This document shows positions 9,501-19,800 of a stretch of DNA of 64,000 nt, one piece after another. The notes beneath the pieces were generated by a model. The model searched no databases, had not been told where the DNA came from, and was given only the letters and a program-made list of their open reading frames with translations. Numbering within the stretch: position 1 is the stretch's first letter; each line of letters starts with the position of its first letter. Position numbers and translations under genes: made by a program. The stretch comes from Chitinophaga pinensis (lineage in GTDB: Bacteria > Bacteroidota > Bacteroidia > Chitinophagales > CAIOSU01): assembly GCA_945901065.1 (NCBI GenBank), contig CAMDKI010000003.1, positions 369,640 to 433,639 of the forward strand, written 5' to 3'.

Positions 9501-10690
9501 ATGTATCTTGTTTCGGGCTTACCGACGGGCAAGCGGAGGTTGTAGCCAGTGGCGGAACTGCTGGATATACCTATCAATGGGATTTTAACGCGGGAACGCA
9601 AATTACCACTAGGGCCAATAATTTGGGCGCAGGTACATACAATGTAACCGTTACAGACATAAATTTATGTGAGAGCACGGGTAGCATTACCATTGTTGAG
9701 CCTACCGAGTTGGTAGCCAATATTGTAAAAACAGATGTGCGCTGCTTTGGCGATAGCGACGGTATTGCAGAGGCAAATGCAGCAGGCGGAACCCCTGGCT
9801 ATTCTTTTGTATGGAACACCAACCCTTTTCAGTTAAACGCGCAGGCGGTTGGTTTGAGTGCAGGTAGCTACGACCTTGTGGTAACCGATAACAATGGCTG
9901 CACAACAACCCAGTCGGTGCTGATTGAGCAACCCACCGAACTAAACCTAACCTTTACCAAAACAGACCCAACTTGCTTTGGTTATGACGATGGCACGGCA
10001 GCAGTAACCGTACTAGGAGGTGTGCCAAACTATGTTTACAATTGGAATGGGACTGTAGGCGATTCCTTAGCCATATTCTTAGCCGCTGGCGACCAATTGA
10101 TGACCGCTACAGATGCCAATGGTTGCGAAATTGAGCAAGTAATTACGCTAGTTGACCCAGCCGAGACGGGTATTGACATTGTACCCGACAGCAGCAATAT
10201 ACCGTTAGGCGGCAATGTACAACTCAATACCTACATAACCACTAATGCCAATGCCAGTGTTACTTACAGTTGGCAACCATCGTATGCCTTGGATTGCGAC
10301 GATTGCGAGGCGCCAGTGGCCAGCCCATTGTACAATACCACTTACATAGTAGAAATGACCGACGCTGCTGGTTGTAAAACATCGGACACTACTATTGTTG
10401 ATGTGAACGAAAAAACAAAGCTTTACTACATACCCAATGCATTCTCGCCAAATGCCGACGGGTACAACGATGTGTTTTACATATATGGCAAAGCTATAAG
10501 CAGTATTAACTTCAGCATTTTTGATAGATGGGGCGAAAAAGTGTTTGAAAGCAATGACTTAAGCAGCGGTTGGAATGGTATATTCAAAGAAACCTTAATG
10601 CATCCAGGAGTGTTCGTGTACTATGCTGAACTGTATTTCGAAAATGGAGATAAAATAGAAGAAAAGGGAAGCATAACCTTGCTTCGGTAA
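6545..10690 (+). CDS. T9SS type B (CHU_C) sorting-domain protein with SprB repeats, putative adhesin
   Basis: Signal peptide; repeated ISCFGxxDG...GGxxPYTYxW...YxVTVTDxNGC units; C-terminal YIPNAFSPNADGYND...IFDRWGE...KGSITLLR. Confidence 0.9.
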   Translation: MFKNSTPLRKYFVAITLFICAFLPQVSFASHAVGADIGYTCLGNNQYRVRLTFYRDCAGINAPSSVSINARSASCGRNLTFTAGRTSVTELVTRCASQQNTTRCRGGNNPGFEEHVYEGVITLPAQCTDWVFSYGICCRNSAITNLSSPGSRDLYVEARLNNTITPCDNSPFFSTQPVPFVCVGQQTFYNHGAIDIDGDSLSYTIINPLQASGSNIPFTGGTNINNPVRTNGPFLFDNQTGQMTFTPSQTQNAVVTVLVREYRNGVLIGSTMRDIQVVVVNCPNNNPPIMSGTNGSGPAFNGQPASYTSTICGGNPLCFDINFQDPNASNVLTVTYNNLPAGATMTISGTQPPVATFCWTPAPGQTGQYNFIVTVEDDACPITARAIQSFTINVSPSSYTVNSNVVPPTCPGGSNGAASISISSGAIPPISFSWPSGATGPSVTNIQSGTYPVTITDASNCAVVYNVVVPGPDSMILTTTTTPSVCNGTADGTATVAVTGGTSANGTYGYEWSVSNQVNTNNNIINVGFGNYFVTVTDDNGCTATANAYVFQPGPLVINLSASSISNYNGAEISCFGAADGVVEALASGGVLPYTYDWSPNANNQTTSIINNLGPGTYAVTVTDDNGCNTGTSVTVTEPAQVVANAVVFSNYNGADISCFGANDGSARVTAAGGTGAYAYVWSAAANNQVSRTATNLGPGVYDVTVSDVNNCTAQSTATLVEPAAVGLSVFSTATVNGYNISCFGGNTGAIGSNVTGGTPGYNYSWNDQNSQITAYASDLVAGTYALRVTDLNGCLAIDSTTLSQPPPLATTASITSNYNGFNVSCAGASDGTAIANPIGGVPPYTYVWNDPNSQLTQTVTGLSANVPYTLLVADLNECVVSATVTLNEPTPVTSLTSVVSNYNGRDISCYNGADGAASVLAGGGAPPYSFVWATNSGNVIAAVLTGLEEGTYLVTVTDNNNCQKVDSVSLVQPPLLESLTSATRDVSCFGLTDGQAEVVASGGTAGYTYQWDFNAGTQITTRANNLGAGTYNVTVTDINLCESTGSITIVEPTELVANIVKTDVRCFGDSDGIAEANAAGGTPGYSFVWNTNPFQLNAQAVGLSAGSYDLVVTDNNGCTTTQSVLIEQPTELNLTFTKTDPTCFGYDDGTAAVTVLGGVPNYVYNWNGTVGDSLAIFLAAGDQLMTATDANGCEIEQVITLVDPAETGIDIVPDSSNIPLGGNVQLNTYITTNANASVTYSWQPSYALDCDDCEAPVASPLYNTTYIVEMTDAAGCKTSDTTIVDVNEKTKLYYIPNAFSPNADGYNDVFYIYGKAISSINFSIFDRWGEKVFESNDLSSGWNGIFKETLMHPGVFVYYAELYFENGDKIEEKGSITLLR

Positions 10691-10716
10691 ATAACGCTAG
10701 GTGTAAAAACTTACTT

Positions 10717-10754
10717 AAAAGCCCACGCAATCAGCGTGGGCTTTTCTTTTTTTT
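10717..10754 (+). terminator. Rho-independent terminator
   Basis: aaaagcccacgc-aatca-gcgtgggctttt followed by a T-run. Confidence 0.85.
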
Positions 10755-10851
10755 AAAATTGCTTGGGTTTGTTATAAAATAACTATATTTAAAGCTAGTT
10801 CGCCTCGCACGCATTTTTAACCTTATTGCTACAATCTAAACCTGCTTCAGT

Positions 10852-13800
10852 ATGAGGGGATTTTTACGCTCCAGAGCGCTTGCAATTACGATATTGCTCC
10901 TATCATCGTTTTTTGTATTCAACAATAAAGCCGTGGCGTCGCACGCCGTGGGTATTGACCTTACCTACCAATGCTTGGGTGGAAACCAGTATGAATTTAC
11001 GGTTAACTTTTACCGCGATTGCGATGGTGTTTCGGCGCCTTCAAATGCCTTCATCAGCATATCATCGGCATCTTGTGGTATTACTACCTCCACCAGCCTG
11101 GCACGGATTAGCACCATTGAGGTTTCGGCCATTTGTGCTGGCCAGTTGGGCTCATCATCATGCAGCGGCGGCAACCTACCCGGTATTGAGCAGTATACCT
11201 ATAGGGGCAATTTTACCTTGCCTGCCAATTGCAACGATTGGGTAATAAGCTATAACCTATGTTGCCGTAACTCGGCCATTACTAACTTGCAAAACCCTGG
11301 CAGCCAGAGCCTTTATGTAGAAGCAAGGTTGAACAATGCCGGAGGCTTATGCAACAACTCACCGTTTTTTACCTCCTTGCCTACTCCGTACCTATGTGCG
11401 GGCCAGCCTTTCTTTTATAACCACGGTGCCATTGATATTGACGGCGACTCGCTAGTTTACACACTTGTGCCTCCCCGCACAGCGCCAACGGCCAACATAC
11501 CATACAATGGCAGTTTTACTGCCACTAGCCCACTAAGCACCACTGGAGGTTTTGGTTTCAATACCCAAAGCGGCCAAATGAGCTTTACGCCCGCCAGCCC
11601 ACAACAAGCGGTAGTAACCATTAGGGTTGATGAGTATAGAAACGGCGTACTAATTGGCTCTGTGATAAGAGATTTGCAGCTAGTGGTAATCAATTGCAAC
11701 AACCAGCTGCCTACCGCCAGTGGAATTAACGGCACCAGTGGTGTGGGCGGAGCTTACACTATTGATGTGTGTGCTGGCTTTCCATTGTGTTTTGATATTA
11801 GCTCTAACGACTTGAACGCTGGCCAACAGGTTACCATGAACTGGAATGGTGGTATACAAGGGGCTACGTTTACCACTACGGGTACGCCTTTCCCACGAGC
11901 TACTTTCTGTTGGACTCCAGGCCCTGGCGATATTGGCGTACACAACTTTTCGTTGGAAGTGAGGGATAATGCCTGCCCAATTCCTGGATTGAATATTTAC
12001 ACATACACCATTACTGTAACCCCTAACCCCAATCCTCCGGTTACTGCCGGTCCTGATTTGAGGATTTGCCAAGGTGGAAGTACCCCATTAACCGCCTCTA
12101 CACCAGCTCCGGGCGTTACTTATTCTTGGAGACCAACAACAGGTTTAAGTTGCACCAATTGCCAAAACCCAACGGCATCGCCTAACGTAACTACGGTATA
12201 TACCGTTACTGCCAATTATCCTGATGGTTGCTCGGGTTCTGATGATGTACGGGTAACGGTAAACCCTACCCCGACTGTTTTTGTGTTCCCGGCTGCTGCA
12301 ACGGTATGCACAGGCGGTTCTATATCACTCACCGCAACAGGAAGCTCCTCTGTAACATCCTATACCTGGAACCCAGGCGGCCTTACGGGCTCATCCGTTA
12401 TAGTATCTCCGACCGGAACAACTACTTACACCGTAACGGCCTTTGATGCTATTGGCTGTCCGAGTTTGCCGGCTACATCGGTCATAACCCTTAACCCACC
12501 GCCTGCTGCGCCGGTTTGCAACAATATTTACGTTACCACCAATGGTGGCGGCAATGGTTTGAGCCAAGCTACGCCAACTACTTTGCTAAACGCCCTTACC
12601 ATAGGCGCTTGTAACAGTGTGAATATTAAAATGGCTATTGGTACTTATGTAATTGATAATGCTATAACCAACTTTACTAGCTACATGACCATTGAAGGTG
12701 GATTCGACCCTAGTAATGGATGGCGCAAGAGCAGTTTGCCCGGTGCTACTACCATTTTGCGTAGTAATAATAATCCTGACGGCCCTCCGGGAGCACAGCG
12801 TATAGTAGCTTTTTACATCAACACCGCCCAATTTTTCAGGATACAAGACTTGACCATACAAACGCAAGATGCGCCAGCAGGTTCTATTTCAAACTACGTA
12901 TTGCACATGACCTCATGTAGCAATTATGAAGTAGTAAGAACTCGTTTGATTTGCGGAAACGGTGGTGATGGTATACAAGGAAACAATGGTTTTTCCAACG
13001 GTGCCAATGGAAGCCAGGGTGTAAATGGTTCTGATGGTCGTGATGATGATGACAACCTGCCAGGCGCTGGTGGCGCTGGTGGCGCTGGTGCAGGCAGTAC
13101 TGGCGGGGCTGGCGGCCCTGGTGGCACCGACTCTAACGGTGCTGGATGCTGCCAAAACGGCCCGCCGGGGCAACCGGGTTCGGCTGGTTCTAGCTATCGG
13201 GGTGGTAGCGGTGGCGGTGGCGGTGCTACCGGCGGCGAAGATGATAATGTTGGAGGAACTGGTGGTGCAAGTGGTGGCTTGTTTGGCGGCGGAAGTGCAG
13301 CAGCAGGCGGCGTTGGCGGTGCAGGCGATGACCCTGGCCAGCCAGGTTTTTCAGGGCAAGCAGGGGCTAACGGCGCAAATGGAACCAATGGAACCAACGG
13401 AGCACCAGGAGCTTTTGGTGGTGGATTTTTCAACCCGGGCGGTAATGGTGCCAATGGTACCGACGGTCAGGGCGGTACTGGCGGCGGCGGCGGCGGCGGT
13501 GGTGGTGGCCATTCAAACTGCACATTTTGCGACATCGGTTCAGGAAATGGCGGCGGCGGCGGCGGCGGCGGCGGTGAAGGCGGCCTCGGTGGCGAAGGGG
13601 GTTCTGCTGGAGGTGCATCTATAGCTTTGTATTTGTTTAACAACGGCACTGGCGGCAACTTTAGGCAATGCAACCTTACACGCGGTTTAGCCGGAGTTGG
13701 CGGTGCTGGCGGTTTGGGCACTACTGGTGGAAGCGGTGGACCGGGAGGTTTAGGTGCTACTTCATCGCTAAATGAAATAGGTGCCGGAGGTAATGGTGGC

Positions 13801-16800
13801 TTTGGTGGTAGAGGGGGCAATGGTGGCAACGGTGGAACGGGTGCTAACGGTGTTGCCTTCCGTTATTATAGAGATGGAGGCCTTAACCCGGTAACTACCG
13901 ATACCCTGTTTAACCTTACTGCCCAACCGGTAATTACGGCTACTAATGTAGCTTGTACCAATACCAATATAACTTTTGCTGGCCCTAGCTCCAATGCTTG
14001 GAACTACGGAGCAGGTGCCACTCCTGCTACCGGTGTAGGGGCAAGCACTATAACACAATACTCCACCACAGGCCGCAAGGATATTGCATTCGGGGCCAAT
14101 AATTACTTGGGCTTTGCCAATATTGCCATTAGCAATGCTGCCTTTGTACCTGATATTACGGTGCAGGGTGCTACCATGGTAAACGCAACCACTTATCGTA
14201 TTTGTGCTGGCACGCCAGTAAACTACCGCACTAGCTCCTTGGCGGTGGCATACGATTGGAACCTACAAGGTGTTTTGCCTAGCAACTATACTACCCAGAA
14301 CGTACTCAATGTAGTGTACAACACTGCTGGCACGTATACCGTAACGCTCAGGGTAACTACCGACTGTTGTGGCTTATCGCAACCTTCTACCATTACCATG
14401 ATAGTAGAGGACACGCCAAATCTTACGTTCTCAGGCACACCCCAATATTGCGCAGGGGGACAAACGGTTATCAATGTAAGGGGTGCATCAACCTACATCT
14501 GGACTCCAAGTACGGGACTTTCATCTAATACCGATAGTACTGTAACAGTTGTAACTCAAACCACAACTACCTATTTAGTATATGGCTACAACGCCTCTGG
14601 TACTTGCTTTGATGTTGACTCGATAACCATAACCGTAAACCCCGAGCCAGTGCTTACAACCAGTTCGGTTGCAGCTACTTGCGGAAGTAATGGTTCGGTA
14701 TCGGTGACGGTAACTCCTGCAGGAACTTATTCCTATGCTTGGAATACGGTTCCGCCGCAGTTTACCGCTACAGCCAACAACGTGCCACAGGGCAATTACC
14801 AGGTGGTAGTTACCAATTCGGCAACAGGTTGTACCAATAATAGATATCAAACTGTTGCTGCCAACGGCACGCCTATAGCCTATATAACAGGCGTAATAGA
14901 CGTAACCTGCACGGGCGCCAACAACGGGGCAGCACAAGCCGCAGTAACTGGCGGAACCCCAGGCTATACCTACAACTGGGGTGGAGGCGTGGTTGGACCT
15001 AACAGAACGGGCTTAGCTGGAGGTTCGTATACAGTAACGGTTACAGACTTAAATGGCTGTACCGCGTCGGCAACTGCTTTTATTAACGAACCAGTACCAG
15101 TGGTAGCGCAAATAACCAGTGTTACCCCTGCAAGTTGCTCCAACACCTTGGATGGAGGAATAACCATATTTGTAGACGGAGGTGCCGGAAACCACCAAAT
15201 TGTGTGGAGCACTACTCCGCCGCAAACAAACGATACGCTTATTAACCTGGCACCGGGTAACTATACTGTAACGGTAACCGATGCAAACGGTTGCAGCCTT
15301 ACCCGCAATGCTGCAATAAGCTCGCCACCACCATTTGTGTTATCGCAAACATTGTTTGTGAATACTACCTGTGGCGGTACTAATGGCGCTATAACCGTTA
15401 ACGCCATAGGCGGCACAGGCACTAAAACATTTGCGCTTGATGGAGGCACACCTCAAGCTACAGGCGCATTTACAAACGTTCCGCCAGGGGCGCACAGTAT
15501 TTTAATTACCGATGCCAATGGTTGCGACACTACCTATAATTTCACGTTTACTACACCACCGCCTTTCAGCTTAAACACCACGGTAACTCCAATTGGTTGT
15601 AGCGGTGGCACTACGGGCAGTATACTTGCTACGGGTGCAGGCGGCACAGGTGCTTTACAATATAGGTTGGGTGTAGGCCCGTACACAGCCAATAATAACT
15701 TTACCTTGTTACCAGCCGGAACTTACATAGTTTGGGTGCGTGATGCAGTAGGTTGTACCCTTACCGATACGGTAACCCTTGCGGCACCTGGCTCGCTGAG
15801 CGTGGCGTTGGCACAGGATAGTGTAAACTGTAACGGAGGCAACGATGGTCGCATAACGGCTACTGGTTCAGGAGGTACATCGCCATACCAATTCAGGATT
15901 TCAGGCGGCGGGCCGTTTAGCGCTAATAATGTGTTTACCGGTCTTTCGGCGGCAAGCTATACCGTTACTATCAGTGATAACTTTGGTTGCACTGCCACAG
16001 CCAGTTTGGCCGTTCGACAACCTGCCGTGCTTACCGTTGGACTGGTGCAGGATAGCGTTGATTGTAATGGTGGAACTAATGGTTTTATTACTGCCACGGC
16101 AATAGGCGGAACAGCGCCTTTTAGGTATTCAATTAACGGTGGTACCAGCTATCAAAGCTCAGGTATATTTACTGGCTTATCTGCAGGCTCTTACACTATT
16201 AATGTGTTGGATACTAACGGTTGTGCTGGCTCTGGAACGATTACGGTAAGACAGCCTAGCGCACTTGCCATGAACCCTGTTATTGACGACCTAACTTGCC
16301 CAACAAACCCAACGGGTGCAATTGCTACCAACCCATCGGGCGGTAGCTTGCCTTACCAAGTAAGTTTGAATAATGGCGCTTTCCAATCGTCACCCAATTT
16401 CTTGAACCTCACTACCGGAACCTATACCTTGATTTTGCGCGATGGCAAAGGTTGCCTAGTGTATGATACCGTAACCGTAGCGGCACCTGGTGGTGTTGGT
16501 ATTTCGTTGGCGGTAACAGGCATTGGTTGTGGCAACCCCACCGGTAGTATTGTCGCAACTGGCTCAGGTGGTTTGCCGGGTTATTTCTATAACATCAACG
16601 GAGGTGCTTTAAATGGTACCGGTATATTCAATGGTTTAACAGCAGGTTTCTATACCGTTAGAGCGTACGACCAAGGTGGTTGTTTTGCCCTCGATACGGT
16701 AACTATCGGTCCTGTGGCGGCTATTCCACTTACTTTGGTGGTTGATAGCGTAAACTGTTTTGGTGGCAACACCGGCAGGATAACCGCCACGGTAAATGGT

Positions 16801-19800
16801 GGTACTGCTGGTTATACTTTCAATATTAATGGTGGTGCATACGGTGCTGCTAACGTATTCAACAACTTAACTGCTGGCAGTTACACCATTGGTGTGCGAG
16901 ATGGAGGTGGTTGTACCGCTACTGCTGTGGGCATAGTGCGTGCACCAGCCCAACTTACCGCCACCGCCACCGTTGACAGTGTTGATTGTAACGGCAATTC
17001 GGATGGATTTATCGTATTTACGGCAAGTGGCGGCGTGGCTCCTTATGAATATTCATTAGGTTCGGGCTACCAATCATCGAACATATTTACCGGGTTAGCC
17101 GCTGGCGCATTCCCCAATGCTGCAGTGCGCGATAGTAAAGGATGTACTTTTAGTATTCCAGTTACGGTGGCACAGCCAGCTGCGCTGGGCTTAACTGCCG
17201 TGCAAGACAGTGTAAACTGCTTTGGTGGCAACACGGGCAGCATTACCGCTACCGCTACTGGCGGCTCAGGTGGTTATCAATATAGCATCAATAGCGGTGC
17301 ATTTGTATCTTCAGGCACCTTTACGGGCCTTACGGCGGGCACCTACACTATTGATGCGCGCGATTTCAACTTCTGTACACGCACATTGACCGTTAATGTA
17401 TTGGCTCCAACCGATTTAACCTTATCGTTGGTTGCTGGCAGCGCCGCCTGTGCAGGTGCTGGTGGAGGCCAAATAACGGCTACTGCTGGTGGTGGCTCGC
17501 CAGGCTATCAATACCAATTGAATGCGGGAGCTTTTGGCCCATCCAATGTATTTACTAGCCTTGCGCCTAACACTTATAACGTAACCGTGCGCGACCAAAA
17601 CGGATGTACCGAAACATCGAGCATTGTGGTATCTACTCCAACAGCCTTGGTAGTAAGTGCCGTTCAAGACAGTGTTAATTGCGGTGGCGGCAACGATGGT
17701 TCATTGGTAGTAACGGCCAGTGGCGGAACCCCAAATTATCAATATAGTATTGATGGCACTACGTTCCAAGTGAGCAATATATTTACGGGTTTGACTGCAG
17801 GGCCGTATACCGTAACGGTTCGTGATGCCAATGCTTGTACCCAAACGGTGAATATAACGGTGCTTCAGCCTGTCGCTCTAACTATTGCTACCGTGCAGGA
17901 TAGTGCCTCTTGCTTTGGGGCGAGCGATGGGGTAATTACTGTAACTGCTGGCGGCGGTTCGCCTGCTTATGAGTATAGTTTAGATGGCACAACCTTCCAA
18001 CCGTCGAATGTATTTAATGGACAAGCCGCAGGGCCATACACTATTACCATACGCGATGCCCAGTTTTGCCAAATAACGGGCAATATAAGTGTATTGCAGC
18101 CCACAGTATTGGGGGTGAGTGCTACCAAAGTAGACGTGAGCTGCAACAGCACCACCGATGGTAGCATAACAGTTACCGCTACAGGGGGTTCGTTGCCGTA
18201 TAGCTACAATTTGAATGGTGGCACGCCACAATCGAGCAACTTATTTAGCAACCTTAGTGCGGCTACCTATACCGTAAATGTGGTTGATGGCAATGGGTGT
18301 GCACAATCAACAACCATTACGGTAGGTTCTACTTCGGGTATTACGATAAGTTTGGTTGCCGATAGCTTGTCGTGTAACGGCGCTGCCGATGGAGTAATTA
18401 CCGTAACCGCTAGCAGCGCAGCGGGTGGCTTAGAATATAGTACCAATGGTACTAACTTCCAGGCGTCGAATGTATTTAGCTCCCTCAACGCTGGCAATTA
18501 TACGGTTACGGTTAGGGATGCCAATCTTTGTGTGGCTTCGGCTAGTGTAATTGTCGGTCAGCCTTTGGCTATTATCGCTTCTGCGGTGCAAGACAGTGTA
18601 AATTGTAACGGTGGCACTGATGGTGTTATTACTGTAACTGCTAGCGGCGGATCGCCAAGCTTTACTTATAGCCTTAATGCCGGCGCCCCGCAAGCGTCCA
18701 ATGTATTTAATGCGCTTGGTGCCGCTAGCTACACTATTGATGTTACCGACCAGAACAATTGCCAAGCTCAAGTAGGAATAGCGGTATTGCAACCGGCGGC
18801 ATTAACCGTTTCGGCTGCGGCTACAGCCTCTAGTTGTGCCGGTGGCGGTACAGGTGGCATAGTGGTTACAGCAGGTGGCGGTTCGGCGGCATATCTATAT
18901 AGTATTGATGGTGTTAACTTCCAAGCATCAAACACGTTCACCAACTTGGCTTCGGCTACTTATACCGTTACCCTAAGGGATGGCAATAACTGTTCCGTTA
19001 CCACAACCGTAAACGTAGGTCAGCCAACGGCACTTACTTTAACCTTGGTGCAGGATAGCGTAAGCTGTAACGGCTTAAGCGATGGCACTATTACTGCAAC
19101 CGCAGGTGGTGGCAATGGGGTTTATGAGTATAGCTTAAATGGCACCAACTTCCAGGTTTCGAATGTATTTACGGCTTTGGCCGCTGGGCCATATACCGTA
19201 ACCCTACGCGATGGAAACGGCTGTACGCAAACGGCCAGCACCAGTGTGTTACAACCTGCCGTGCTTACTGTAAGCACGGTGGTTATTGATATTAGCTGCA
19301 ACAGTACTAACGACGGGCAAATTACCGCAACTGGTGCAGGTGGCAGTGCCCCTTATCAGTATAGTTTCAATAGTGGTGCCTTCCAAGCTTCGGGTACTTT
19401 TGCTAACCTAACTGCTAATAGTTATACTATTGACGTATCGGATGCCAACGGTTGTGCGGCAACTACAAACGTAACCGTCCAAGCGGCAGCTCCGGTAACC
19501 GTAACCCTCACCCAAGACAGTGTAAACTGTAACGCTGGCACCGATGGACAAGTGATTGCAGTGGGTGCTGGCGGAAGCGGTGCCTTGCAGTATAGTATTG
19601 ATGGGGTAAACTATCAGGCATCGGGCACCTTTACTGGCCTTAATGCCGCAAACTATACCGTTTCGGTGCGCGACATTGCGGGTTGTAATACCACAGGAAA
19701 CATAACCGTGTTGCAACCAACCGCCCTGAGTGTAACCGCCGTGCAGGATAGCGCCAATTGTTTTGGTGTTGCCGATGGGTTTATTACCTCCACGGGTGCA

